A stretch of 60,808 nt of DNA, filler included. It is 6 parts of 6 records of this genome, joined end to end, with 100 filler letters (N's around TTAATTAATTAA, not from the genome) between each part and the next. Parts side by side here need not be neighbours in the genome. Positions count along the whole stretch, not along the records: positions 5,931 to 17,676 come from SRR31156797_21046; positions 17,777 to 29,232 come from SRR31156797_21055; 4 more parts are not named here. One strand, 5' to 3'. Position numbers and translations under genes: made by a program. Positions 10,681 through 21,291 of this stretch are shown in pieces; positions within the stretch are counted from its first letter, which is position 1; every line of letters begins with the position of its first letter. The notes beneath the pieces are model-generated. The model had not been told where the DNA came from. It did not search any database and worked only from the letters and a program-made list of their open reading frames with translations.

Positions 10681-10865
10681 CCGCAGGGGTCAAGGGAAAA
10701 ACATTTGTTATGTTCAAACCTGTCCTGCTCTGGTATCATTACCCCTTTTATCTGTAAAGCAGTAGAGATGTATTCGCTTTTCGAATATGAATTGAGTCCA
10801 TATTCTTAATATACTGGTAAAGCAGGTCTCAATTCGAGTGCAAATATCTATTAGGGAGAAGTATT

Positions 10866-11393
10866 ATGGAGAAGACCACACAACGAATGATTTTACTTGA
10901 ATCCCGGGATTTTAAGAAGTTCTGGAAAAGCAAGGGGCCGTTCAGGTATGCCCTGACCAGCAGGGAGTATCCTCCTGTTCTGCTGGAACCGGAGGAGTGG
11001 ATCTTTTCCGATGACATAACCGGGCTCTTGAAAGCGCTGATGCAGTGGGAAAAACGGAAAATGAAGTTTGTCCAGGCTCCCTTCAGCAGGAAGAAAAAGA
11101 ACATCCTGAAACCCGAGGACCTGAGCCCCTGGAGGATCGCCAATTTTCCGGAAGAGTGGGAGAGGGCTGAGTGCTCGTCGTTCACGCCGGTGGGCTATCT
11201 CACCGAGGAGGTGACGTCGGCCTGCGCCTCTGAAGAAAAGGCGGATGTCGAAGCGGCATTTTTCGAGAAACTTGCCCGGGACATCAACAGCATCGGGTAT
11301 GTGCTGCTTTCCCCTGAGCCCATTCTCTCACCGGATGCGGCCTATGTGGATGAGTATCTCAAGGAGTGGATGGCGGACGAGACCGACAACTAG
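10866..11393 (+). CDS. Hypothetical protein
   Basis: 175-aa ORF with a good RBS (GGAGAAG) and no recognised motif. Confidence 0.7.
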   Translation: MEKTTQRMILLESRDFKKFWKSKGPFRYALTSREYPPVLLEPEEWIFSDDITGLLKALMQWEKRKMKFVQAPFSRKKKNILKPEDLSPWRIANFPEEWERAECSSFTPVGYLTEEVTSACASEEKADVEAAFFEKLARDINSIGYVLLSPEPILSPDAAYVDEYLKEWMADETDN

Positions 11394-11399
11394 GACGAT

Positions 11400-11460
11400 A
11401 TCGGGTTCCCAGCGTTGCCGGGATGCGGTGATATGAGGCTATATCTGTCGGGAACCCGAT
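11400..11460. terminator. Inverted repeat between convergent genes
   Basis: ATCGGGTTCCC ... GGGAACCCGAT (11-bp arms). Confidence 0.5.
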
Positions 11461-11488
11461 TGTTTATGGTATGAAAGTTACTTACTTA

Positions 11489-11881
11489 TCAGGTGATGTG
11501 GAATGCGACTGGGAGAATGTGAAGCGTACGGTCGATCTCTTTGGTCTGTTTTACGTCCCAGCCGGTGCAGGTGGCTTTGCCGTTTAAAAGGGTGTTGATC
11601 TCATTGGTGATTCCGTCAAGGTTGATAACCGGGTGACGGGAGAAAACCATGGGAAGTCCGTAGGTGACATTGCAGGCAAGGCATTTGCCCGGACGCTGTT
11701 TCAGGTGAAATTCAAATATGAGACTGTCTTTTTCTAGGTTGGAAAATTCCAGGCTGATATCATAGGCTCCGTCTGAAGCATCCCCGTACAGGGCCTCGAA
11801 GAAGGTATCCGCCCGGTCTGCCGGAAAAATTTTGTCCAAGGTCTCTTTTGTAAAAAGATCTATAGCATCAGTCATGTTCAT
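11489..11881 (-). CDS. Conserved hypothetical protein (CxxC motif)
   Basis: FFEALYGDA..GAYDI, RPGKCLACNVTYGLP.VFSRHPVI, a motif recalled from deltaproteobacterial hypotheticals. Confidence 0.75.
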   Translation of the reverse strand: MNMTDAIDLFTKETLDKIFPADRADTFFEALYGDASDGAYDISLEFSNLEKDSLIFEFHLKQRPGKCLACNVTYGLPMVFSRHPVINLDGITNEINTLLNGKATCTGWDVKQTKEIDRTLHILPVAFHIT

Positions 11882-11967
11882 GATGTTTATATCTCTCCAT
11901 GGATTAAAATTGATTTAAATATTGCCAATTTCGAACCCTACAATATTTATTTTTTTTGTGCAAGTGC

Positions 11968-12873
11968 TTATATCTTTCCTCTAACAATAAGGTTTTCGAG
12001 TATTTGCTTATAATTTATTCCGGCGCTTTTGAACCCCCGGATACCGTATTTCATGTTGGCCTCGAGCACTAGAAATCTGCCCTGGTGTTCCATGATATCC
12101 AGGCCCACGTCGTTCCAGCCGCATTGAATGGCTGTCCCAAGGGCCAGTTCCAGGGCCTGGCGGGGCAGGGGGGAAAAGTCGATGCGTCCCCCCTGGGAGA
12201 GGTTGGTTCGAAATTCTCCGTCTTTTGCCACCCGCCAGAAGGCAAGGGCGATCTCCTTGCCGATCACGATAACCCTCATGTCGCGGTCCGTGGGAAGGTA
12301 TTCCTGGATGTAGGCGGGGCCCGGCATTTTCAGATAGGTTGCCAGTTCCTCCCGGGTTCTGATGAGGAAGATTCCCCTTCCCATGGCCGATCCCCTGGGA
12401 ACCTTGGCCACAAAGGGAAAATCAAAAAAATCGGTGATGGTCTGCTTCTGTTTTCTGCCGTAGAAGATCCTGGTTGCGGGGTGGGGGATGTTAAGCAGCT
12501 TGAACAGGGCCGTCTGTTTGACCTTGTCAAGGGCAAAAGAATAGGTGTTGAAGCTTGGAAAGGTTCTTTTGCCCATGGTGTCGAAGAGGCCGGCATAGAA
12601 CGCCGTGGGCCAGTAGATGGTCCCGGCGTTGTTGATCAGCTCGACCTCTTTGTCGGTGTAGTCGCAGAAGTTGGGGCGGAATCCCAGGGTCTTCACAAGG
12701 GTGCTCCCTTTCAGCCGGGCTCCCAGGGCGATGAATGGGGGCGCGCCTGGTTCAAGGGGACGGGATTTGGTTGGCCCGGGCCGGAAAGGCCACGATGCCG
12801 TGGATGCCGATCTTGGAGAACATGGTTTCAAGCCGGTTGCCGCCGAAGTCCTGCTGAAGGGTTGAAATGACAA
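11968..12873 (-). CDS. RimK-like ATP-grasp ligase (start uncertain)
   Basis: DKVKQ, PFVAKVPRGSAMGRG, YIQEYL, DMRV, FRTNLSQGG, LEAN. Confidence 0.85.
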   Translation of the reverse strand: MSFQPFSRTSAATGLKPCSPRSASTASWPFRPGPTKSRPLEPGAPPFIALGARLKGSTLVKTLGFRPNFCDYTDKEVELINNAGTIYWPTAFYAGLFDTMGKRTFPSFNTYSFALDKVKQTALFKLLNIPHPATRIFYGRKQKQTITDFFDFPFVAKVPRGSAMGRGIFLIRTREELATYLKMPGPAYIQEYLPTDRDMRVIVIGKEIALAFWRVAKDGEFRTNLSQGGRIDFSPLPRQALELALGTAIQCGWNDVGLDIMEHQGRFLVLEANMKYGIRGFKSAGINYKQILENLIVRGKI

Positions 12874-14380
12874 AGGTCACCTCCTTTGGGGGATAGAATT
12901 CCCGTATTTCAGAGGCAAACTCCAGGGCTGTGATTTCGTTCAGGAAAAGATCGGAGACGATCAGCCCTGGCTTTTCCTCCGAGGCTTTTTCAAAAGCGTC
13001 CTGGGGGGAGTAAAAGCCCATGGGGGCGTACCCTGCCTGGAAAAGGAGTTTCCCATACACGTCCTGCACCGTTTTCGATACGCTGATCACCATGGCTCCG
13101 GGTCTTTTCTTCCGGGACGCTTTTTCAACGATATCCTGGAATTTTCTGGCCGTTGACCGGAGATTGCGGTTCTGGAGAATGGAAATATAGCCCTTGATGG
13201 AGGAGAGGGGGGCGCCTTTTGAGAGGTAGTTGGAGGCGATGTAGGAGAAGGTGTCAGAGATCCTGAGGTATTCGATGATGTGCTTTGCCTGGACATCCAG
13301 GATGGTCTCGGCCAGGATCTCCCCCTTTCTTGTTCCGGTTTCGATACGGTTTTTTATCTCGGCCAGCACAAAGTCGGTGGGGGTTTTCTCGAGAACGTTC
13401 AGGGCTGCCATACGAACATGCATGGCAGGCGCGTCGATGCCGGTCAGGGTCGATGCCGCGGACTCAAGGCCCGGGTAGGCGCCAAGGGCCTCATAAACGG
13501 CAAATTTTACGGAATTGGGCAGCCCCTCTTTTGAAAGCATTGCATAGAGGTTGCCCAGCATCTGTTCGGGAATGGTTCTGGCGATGATTCTCAAGGTATT
13601 GATCACAAGATCGTGGTTGTCGGAATCAAGGTTCTCTTCAAGTTTTTTAATGTTGTTGGCGCCCATTTCCGTCAGGTTGACAAGGGCGTTGAACCGGATG
13701 TCCAGCTCGGTTGACTCGAGGTTGCCGGCGTGCCGGCGCGCCTTTTTTTCCTTTTGGGCATTCCGGGCGACGCTCTCTTTTTCTTCCTTTGCTTCCTCCT
13801 CCTCTTCTTTCTGTTTGAGGATGGCAATGGCATCCAGGATGTTCTGGTCGCATTTGACGGTCTTTGCAACTTCCTCCAGGCGGAAGAGGGCCCTGGAAGA
13901 TCCGATTCGCTCAAGGGCCCATACGGTCTGGGCCTTGAGCTGCGGATCGTCGAAGTAGAGATACTCGCTGATCTCATCCACCAGGGCGTGGATGGCGTTT
14001 TCCCCGGCTGCACGGATGGTTTCCGCAAGGATCCCCGGATCGGTCTCATTGACGAGGACGTGCTTCATCAGGGGGGCGGCTTCCCGGACCTTTTTCCTGC
14101 CCCCGATTTTGTAGAGGATGGGCAAAAAACTGAAGTTGAGGTGGGACCTGTCCGTGATGAGCTGCAGCAGCCTTTCCCTGATATCGGAAGCGCCAAAATT
14201 TATTTGTGAGAGCAGGAGCAACAGGTCCCAGGCGATTTCATCCGGAGCCAGGGCAAGCTCGTGCAATACATCGAGCTTTACCTGGTCCGTTTCGTCCGGG
14301 ATGGAAATCAAAATAATTTTGGCGGTTTTAAGATCCATAGCCTTCAGGCTGTTTTTGAATCTGGTGGTAAAGGTTTCCAT
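12752..14380 (-). CDS. HEAT-repeat protein with C-terminal receiver-like domain
   Basis: HEAT-like helical repeats (..LKAQTVWALERIG, ..VRMAALNVL) and C-terminal PGLIVSDLFL. Start set at ATG 14380 (AGGAG RBS). Confidence 0.75.
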   Translation of the reverse strand: METFTTRFKNSLKAMDLKTAKIILISIPDETDQVKLDVLHELALAPDEIAWDLLLLLSQINFGASDIRERLLQLITDRSHLNFSFLPILYKIGGRKKVREAAPLMKHVLVNETDPGILAETIRAAGENAIHALVDEISEYLYFDDPQLKAQTVWALERIGSSRALFRLEEVAKTVKCDQNILDAIAILKQKEEEEEAKEEKESVARNAQKEKKARRHAGNLESTELDIRFNALVNLTEMGANNIKKLEENLDSDNHDLVINTLRIIARTIPEQMLGNLYAMLSKEGLPNSVKFAVYEALGAYPGLESAASTLTGIDAPAMHVRMAALNVLEKTPTDFVLAEIKNRIETGTRKGEILAETILDVQAKHIIEYLRISDTFSYIASNYLSKGAPLSSIKGYISILQNRNLRSTARKFQDIVEKASRKKRPGAMVISVSKTVQDVYGKLLFQAGYAPMGFYSPQDAFEKASEEKPGLIVSDLFLNEITALEFASEIREFYPPKEVTFVISTLQQDFGGNRLETMFSKIGIHGIVAFPARANQIPSP

Positions 14381-14387
14381 GGGTCTC

Positions 14388-15398
14388 CTATTCATATCCG
14401 TTTGGATTGTTCTTTTGCCATCTCCAGGTGTCCCGGCACATGTCGTCCAGGGTCTTTTCCGCTTTCCACCCGAGTTCTTTTTCGGCCTTTGCCGGGTCGG
14501 CCCAGCAGGCGGCAATATCCCCGGGACGCCGGTCAGTGATGACATAGGGGATCTCTTTTGAGCAGGCCTTTCCAAATCCCTGTATCATTTCCAGCACCGA
14601 GTTGCCCCTGCCGGTGCCAAGGTTGTAGGTGACAACGCCCGGATGGGTGAGGAGTTTTGGAATGGCCTTGATGTGGCCCGCGGCAAGGTCGGATACATGG
14701 ATATAGTCCCTCATGCCGGTGCCGTCCGGGGTGTCGTAGTCGTTGCCGAACACGTTGACCTTATCAAGCTTGCCAACGGCAACCTGGGAGATGTAGGGCA
14801 GAAGGTTGTTGGGAATTCCGTTGGGGTCTTCCCCGATACGTCCGCATTCATGGGCGCCCACGGGGTTGAAGTAGCGTAACAGGGCAATGTTCCAGGTGGT
14901 GTCTGCCTGGTGGATATCCTTCAGCATCTCTTCGATCATCAGCTTTGTGCGGCCGTAGGGATTGGTCACGGACAGGGGAAACTCTTCCTTGATGGGAAGG
15001 GTGTGGGGGTCGCCGTACACGGTGGCCGATGAGCTGAACACAAGGTTCTTCACGGAGAACGCCTTCATCACCTCGAGGAGCACCAGGGTGCCGGTGATGT
15101 TGTTGTGGTAGTATTTGAGGGGGATCTGAACGGATTCGCCCACGGCCTTCATTCCGGCAAAATGGATCACGGCATCGATGGCATGGGCCTTGAAAACCTT
15201 GGTCAGGGCCTCCTGGTTCAGGAGGTCGGCCTTGTAAAAAGAGAGTGATCTGCCGGCAATCGATTCCACCCGTTTCAGGGACTCCTCGCTGCTGTTTGAG
15301 AGATTGTCCACAACGACTACTTCCCAGCCCTGGTTTAAGAGATCCACGCAGGTATGACTTCCAATATATCCGGCTCCGCCTGTAACGAGAATTTTCAT
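14388..15398 (-). CDS. galE: UDP-glucose 4-epimerase
   Basis: [44 protein letters not shown]. Confidence 0.97.
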   Translation of the reverse strand: MKILVTGGAGYIGSHTCVDLLNQGWEVVVVDNLSNSSEESLKRVESIAGRSLSFYKADLLNQEALTKVFKAHAIDAVIHFAGMKAVGESVQIPLKYYHNNITGTLVLLEVMKAFSVKNLVFSSSATVYGDPHTLPIKEEFPLSVTNPYGRTKLMIEEMLKDIHQADTTWNIALLRYFNPVGAHECGRIGEDPNGIPNNLLPYISQVAVGKLDKVNVFGNDYDTPDGTGMRDYIHVSDLAAGHIKAIPKLLTHPGVVTYNLGTGRGNSVLEMIQGFGKACSKEIPYVITDRRPGDIAACWADPAKAEKELGWKAEKTLDDMCRDTWRWQKNNPNGYE

Positions 15399-16462
15399 AA
15401 TGGGTTCCTGTATCTGTTGAGTTGAGTTGGTTTTTTCCGGGTGGTAGAGTCAAAGAGTTTTTGGCACTGGTCACAACAATCGCACGCTTTTGCGCAATTT
15501 GTCAATGTTTTGACATCATGTTTTGTAATTTTTGAGTTGTCCACAAAAAAATGGTCCGCCAGCCATTCCATGGCGTCCAGGAGGTCCAGGAGGTTCCCGT
15601 CATAGGCCCCCCGGATATAGGCGTTGACGGTGTTCTCAAGAAAGTTCGGGCCAAGGGTCCTGCCCGAGATCTTGATGGTGTCAACCAGGTGGGAATAGTC
15701 GCCGATATCCTCCGGCCTGATGAACGGGGACTTGAAGAGACGCTTCGGGTCGTTGAACAGCACCTTCATGCATCCCCTTTCCCGGTTGATCTCATACCCC
15801 CGTTCCCGGACAAGGCCCGTGTTGGTCAGGGCGATCTGGGCATCGTGGGCCGGCTTGAACGGGCACTGGTAGAGGCAGCCCTCGTTGGCGAGGAGTTCAA
15901 GCTTCAGGCCCGGATACGCCTTCTTCAGTTGGGGTACCATGGCTTCAAGGGCGTTGATGTTCCGGTTCAGCGACCTGTCCAGGACAAGTTTTGACGGGCG
16001 TTTGAACCCGGTCCGGTCAACAAGGTCCAGGTACTCCCGGGCCTTGTCCATGGTGTCTATCATGCAGTTGATGCCGGGGACCGCCTCCAGTGACCCGAGG
16101 GTGTCTCCCCCGTGGCTCGAGAGGGCGTTGAGGAAATAGGCATCGCAGAAGACGATGCCGTCAAGGCGGCAGCCCGCCATGAGCGTCTCGAGGGTTTCCA
16201 TGAGCCCGGTCAAAAACAGGGGATCAAAGTAGCGGTCAGGCGCCATGAACCGTGAGTTCAGCAGGCAGTAACGGCGGGGAACGGAAAGGGCATCGAGCTG
16301 TTCGGCAAGGCGTTCCGTATCAACGTTTTTGAACCTGAGCCGGGAATCGAGCACAGGCCCCTGGTGGAGCCCGAAGTGAACCGAGTCGATCCGGTCCCTG
16401 TGGCGCTGGATAAAACGGGTGTAATCCCTGTCCGGGATGTAGGGAATGTCGAATTTCATCAT
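15395..16462 (-). CDS. U32-peptidase-family Fe-S protein
   Basis: [23 protein letters not shown] and C-terminal CxxxCxxCxxC. Confidence 0.72.
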   Translation of the reverse strand: MMKFDIPYIPDRDYTRFIQRHRDRIDSVHFGLHQGPVLDSRLRFKNVDTERLAEQLDALSVPRRYCLLNSRFMAPDRYFDPLFLTGLMETLETLMAGCRLDGIVFCDAYFLNALSSHGGDTLGSLEAVPGINCMIDTMDKAREYLDLVDRTGFKRPSKLVLDRSLNRNINALEAMVPQLKKAYPGLKLELLANEGCLYQCPFKPAHDAQIALTNTGLVRERGYEINRERGCMKVLFNDPKRLFKSPFIRPEDIGDYSHLVDTIKISGRTLGPNFLENTVNAYIRGAYDGNLLDLLDAMEWLADHFFVDNSKITKHDVKTLTNCAKACDCCDQCQKLFDSTTRKKPTQLNRYRNPL

Positions 16463-16621
16463 GGGGTGAGTTTACACGAGATCCGGGAGCAAAGGCAAGT
16501 GAGAAACCCTTGCCGGGGGAGGGGTTATACTTTTATTGTTTTCCCTTGAACCGGCCATGGGGAGTTGATAAGCTAGCTTGGTTTGTTAAAAAAAACAGTT
16601 TAATAAAAGTGAGGAGATATA

Positions 16622-17101
16622 ATGATCACCTTTAATGAAATAGGAATCATCCGTTCCCCCCATAAAGAGCGGGAGGGCGCCCCGATTCAGCCCGCAGGCG
16701 CTGTTGAATTTGAAGGCCGGGTGGAGGTCTTTCCCGAATACCAGGAAGGGCTTTCCGACCTTGACGGATTTGAGCGGATCATTTTGCTTTACCAGTTTCA
16801 CCTGTCCGAGGGGTACAGCCTCATGACCAAGCCTTTTCTGGATGACACCAAACGGGGACTCTTTTCCACCAGGGCACCCAAACGGCCCAACCAGATAGGG
16901 ATTTCCATTGTCAGGCTGTTGCGGGTGGAGGAGAATGTCATCCATGTCAAGGGCATCGACATCGTCGACAGGACCCCCCTCATCGACATCAAACCCTATG
17001 TGCCCAAATTTGATGCTTTCCCCGATTCCCGGGCCGGCTGGATCGATGCCGGCACACGGTCCGCTGAGTCCGCCAGGGCCGATAAACGGTTCACTGTTTA
17101 A
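16622..17101 (+). CDS. tsaA: tRNA (N6-threonylcarbamoyladenosine-N6)-methyltransferase TsaA/TrmO
   Basis: IGIIRSP, GLFSTRAPKRPNQIG, TPLIDIKPY. Confidence 0.92.
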   Translation: MITFNEIGIIRSPHKEREGAPIQPAGAVEFEGRVEVFPEYQEGLSDLDGFERIILLYQFHLSEGYSLMTKPFLDDTKRGLFSTRAPKRPNQIGISIVRLLRVEENVIHVKGIDIVDRTPLIDIKPYVPKFDAFPDSRAGWIDAGTRSAESARADKRFTV

Positions 17102-17130
17102 CGGCAAATCTTGACCAAATCTTGACATAA

Positions 17131-17676
<546 letters not shown>

Positions 17677-17776
17677 NNNNNNNNNNNNNNNNNNNNNNNN
17701 NNNNNNNNNNNNNNNNNNNNTTAATTAATTAANNNNNNNNNNNNNNNNNNNNNNNNNNNNNNNNNNNNNNNNNNNN
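17677..17776. other. Artificial contig linker
   Basis: Same 100-nt N/TTAATTAATTAA/N linker. Confidence 0.98.
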
Positions 17777-18310
17777 AATAGTAATTTGGTTGAGAATCCT
17801 TATCCTTATGGACCTGAATATGTAACTGAGGAAGTCTTAGCTTGTTTGAAGCAATTAGAAGAAGGTAAGCAATTAAATCAAATTGATATAATTAATAATT
17901 ATGAGGAATTATACACAATAGCACAAGAGGCTATATGGTATGTGATGAATAATAGTTATCATTACCACGAAGAAGGGGCAGTTACCTATGAAGAAAATGG
18001 GAGAGTAAGTGGTATTTATCTTCCTTTGTTAAATTACCTTGAAGATATCAATTATGAGGATGGAAAGTTTACTGGAGTTACAAAAGAGGATAGCTTTAAT
18101 ATATTTATTGAGGAATGGCTTAATTATGACGAACCATGGCTTGAAGTAGAAATTAATAAGCTCAATTCAGGAAATGGATTAATATCAAATGTTTTTAGTG
18201 GAGCGTATAGCTATGTTGAAGAGAATATAGTAGGAGCAGCGATAACAGCATTTACTAGTGCTCTCGAGGTTGGAAATACATGGTCAGAAGATAATGGGTT
18301 AACAACTGAA
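17777..18310 (+). CDS. Fragment of an AT-rich acidic hypothetical protein
   Basis: Open frame from the contig edge with strongly AT-rich codon usage; composition changes abruptly at ~18310. Confidence 0.5.
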
Positions 18311-19426
18311 TTTTCCGCTCCCCGAAGGTCCGATGATTGCCGTCATGGAATGCGCCGGAGCATCAAAGGAGATATTCTGCAATATCGGCTTGGTGCCGTA
18401 GGAGAAAGAAACGTTCTGAAAAGAAACGTCATATCTTTTGGGGACCGCGGCAGAACCCTCTGAATCCATAACAGGATAATCCATTATGGTTTGCATACGG
18501 TCAAGGCAGGCGTTCATGAGGCGCATAAAGCCAGATGTCAGTCCGACCAGTTCAGCAGGCGCATAAAAAGTAAACAGCATGGTGACAAAAATCAGTACCG
18601 TTCCCAAAGTAATGCTTGAGCCTAACAACAAGTATGTAACAGCCGCTAGAATGAACGCCGTACCAATGTGAAATGAAATCAGATACATGCCAATCCACGG
18701 TAGCCCTTTCATTTCGAAATCGAACGAAACTATTTCAAGCCTTTTAAGTACATCTTCCAGCCTCTCTTTTTGCCTGCCGGCCAACCGAAAGGCTTTGATT
18801 ACATAAATCCCCTGTAAGTATTCCAGCATAATCGAGGACGTTTCAGCATGCGTCTCCTGCCTCTCCTTTGAATAATTCGTAAATGTTCGTTGGATAAATC
18901 GATTTGCAAGCCAGGCAAGCGGATAGCCGATACAGGCGATAAGAGCGACCCGCCAGTCCAGTATGAAAAGGAATGCGGCAACCAGCACGGCACTTGCAAT
19001 AGCGCCCGTTATTTTGGACACAAAACTCATTGCCAAGCTTTCCACGAAAACGAGGTCATTGTTTATCACGGATGAAATATCCCCGGCATCAGTATCGCTA
19101 TAGAAACCCATGGAAAGATGCAATAGTTTTTCGCCCAGCTTCAGGCGCTCATCACAAACGATTTCATATCCAACGCCGCTTTGGAAAATATACTCCAGCA
19201 GTTTGAACAGGAACCGGAATATTAACGACAGGACTAATGCAATGTCCAGAAGTAATATTTTTGAAGTTTCTAAATTGTCTGATATGACCCATCGAAAAGC
19301 GATAAATACAAAGAATATAGACAGCGCAAACATGGCATTTTCCAAGAAGCTCATAACAAAGGAGAAAATCAGTTTTCCCCTGTACTTCCCTGATATCGTT
19401 AATATTCTGCGAATAATTCCTAACAT
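18299..19426 (-). pseudogene. ABC transporter TMD-NBD half (YbtQ/IrtB-like), truncated right after Walker A
   Basis: Full TMD, then IIGPSGSGK-FSC-stop; no signature motif or Walker B. Start ATG 19426 overlaps the upstream stop. Confidence 0.8.
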
Positions 19427-21180
19427 GCGGTACCGTCCTTTCCAGTTCCTATCACCCAGTTTTCCGTTTCCGAATAAGAACGAAATATGTTCTGATATTC
19501 CGGACTGCTTTCTATCAGTTCCGTATGCGATCCCTGTGAACATATACTTCCGTCACGAATAACCAGTATGTTGTCAAAGCTCATGATTGTACGTATCCGA
19601 TGGGCAATGACGATCAGAGTCTTGCCCTGCGCCAATACGCCGATAGCTTCCTGAATTTGTTCTTCACAATCCGGGTCTATACTCGCGGTTGCTTCGTCAA
19701 GGATTAGTATGGGAGCGTTTTTTAGAATCGCCCTTGCAATACAAATCCGCTGGCGTTCTCCTCCGCTCAAACGGTTCCCGGCGTCACCGGCCAGGGTGTC
19801 GTAGCCATGCTCTGTATTCATAATGAAATCATGGCACCGGGCGAGCTTAGCTGCTTCCATCACTTCGCCATACGTCGCATCGGGCCGTCCAATTCTGATG
19901 TTGTCACCAAGAGATACATTAAACAGGAAGGTATCCTGAAACACGAAGCTTACCATATTCATGAGCTGATTCGGCTTCATATTTCGTATATCCACTCCGC
20001 CGATTTGAATGCTGCCGTCCTTAACGTCCCAAAACCGGCAAATCAGTTTGGCAATCGTGGATTTTCCGCTACCGGATTCCCCAATAATTGCCATAGACCG
20101 GCCTTCCGGTGCGGTAAAAGAGATATTTCGCAATACATCCGTATTCCCGTCGTATGAAAAAATGACATTCTCAAAGGTGAGATCACAGCTTTGTGGACTC
20201 ATGTCATTATGCGACACGGGCAGCTCCCGTTCTGAGAGTATATTGTGGACGTTTTGTTCCGCATTTACGACTAGTTTGATACTATCCGCAAATTCAGCAA
20301 GCTTGATCAGCGGCATGGCAAAGCCCATTGAAACCAGCAAAAACAAAATAAATACGGGAAGTTCCAGTGAGCCATTCATTAACAGAAACAGACCTGCAGG
20401 CAGCACTGTCACAAGGGAAGCCTGTATCAATACACCATAGGCAGACATCAAAGGCCAGCAGGCCTTAAACCAGCCCAGCACATAACGCCGGTATTCCCCG
20501 ATGGCGTTTTTGTAACGGGAAAAGGAGTGTTCGGATTGGTTGAAGGCTTTGATTTCTTTCATACCATTGACATACTCCACGACTACGGCGTTCATGTTAT
20601 CCAAAGCATCGTAGTATTTTTGCATTTTTTCTTTATTACCGCGCATCATCAGGGCATAGAACAACACAGCGAAGGGAACGCAAATAAGCATAAACAGAAC
20701 CATTCGCCAGTCAAGGAAGGTAAGATAGATAAGTACTGCTATCGGCACGACGGCGCTTGAAATTGTCTCCGGTATGTTATGTGCTAGGAAACGCTCCAAT
20801 TCTTCCACGTCGTTATCCATAGTTTTTTTTATCACGCCTGAATCTCGCTCCAGGACATACCCCAGCGGAAGCCGAGTCAACTTCTCGGCAAGCTGCAGGC
20901 GAAGATTTCGCAATATCCGGTAGGCCGCCTGATGGGACAGCCGTGTAGATAAAAGGAACATGACGGATTTCAGAGTCAGACAGACGCCCACGGCGACAGC
21001 CACACTGTAAAGCCTGTAATCCAGCGGTTCGTTGCCAACTATTTGCGTAACGAACCAACTTATGAAAAAATAAGGTATAATTCCAGCGGCTACGCTGCCG
21101 ATCGCAAGAAGCACCGACAGAATCATTTTACTTTTATATTCTCCAGCCAACCGGAACAACCGTTTCATACTTTCAACCAT
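19420..21180 (-). CDS. ABC transporter TMD-NBD half (YbtP/IrtA-like heterodimer partner)
   Basis: LSHQAAY, LAHNIPE, GESGSGKST, LSGGERQR, LDEAT. Confidence 0.88.
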   Translation of the reverse strand: MVESMKRLFRLAGEYKSKMILSVLLAIGSVAAGIIPYFFISWFVTQIVGNEPLDYRLYSVAVAVGVCLTLKSVMFLLSTRLSHQAAYRILRNLRLQLAEKLTRLPLGYVLERDSGVIKKTMDNDVEELERFLAHNIPETISSAVVPIAVLIYLTFLDWRMVLFMLICVPFAVLFYALMMRGNKEKMQKYYDALDNMNAVVVEYVNGMKEIKAFNQSEHSFSRYKNAIGEYRRYVLGWFKACWPLMSAYGVLIQASLVTVLPAGLFLLMNGSLELPVFILFLLVSMGFAMPLIKLAEFADSIKLVVNAEQNVHNILSERELPVSHNDMSPQSCDLTFENVIFSYDGNTDVLRNISFTAPEGRSMAIIGESGSGKSTIAKLICRFWDVKDGSIQIGGVDIRNMKPNQLMNMVSFVFQDTFLFNVSLGDNIRIGRPDATYGEVMEAAKLARCHDFIMNTEHGYDTLAGDAGNRLSGGERQRICIARAILKNAPILILDEATASIDPDCEEQIQEAIGVLAQGKTLIVIAHRIRTIMSFDNILVIRDGSICSQGSHTELIESSPEYQNIFRSYSETENWVIGTGKDGTAC

Positions 21181-21291
21181 ACTAAACCACCTCTCAAAAA
21201 AAAGGACATTGATTCCTCAATGCCCATTTTATCGGTATGTTTGATTTCATGCCGCCCCAAACCGGATTTTTGCCGCTCCAATTGGGATAAT

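Noticed and set aside
17105-17126. CAAATCTTGAC x2 upstream of eno
   Set aside because: Short duplication around a likely -35 box; no evidence of further function.
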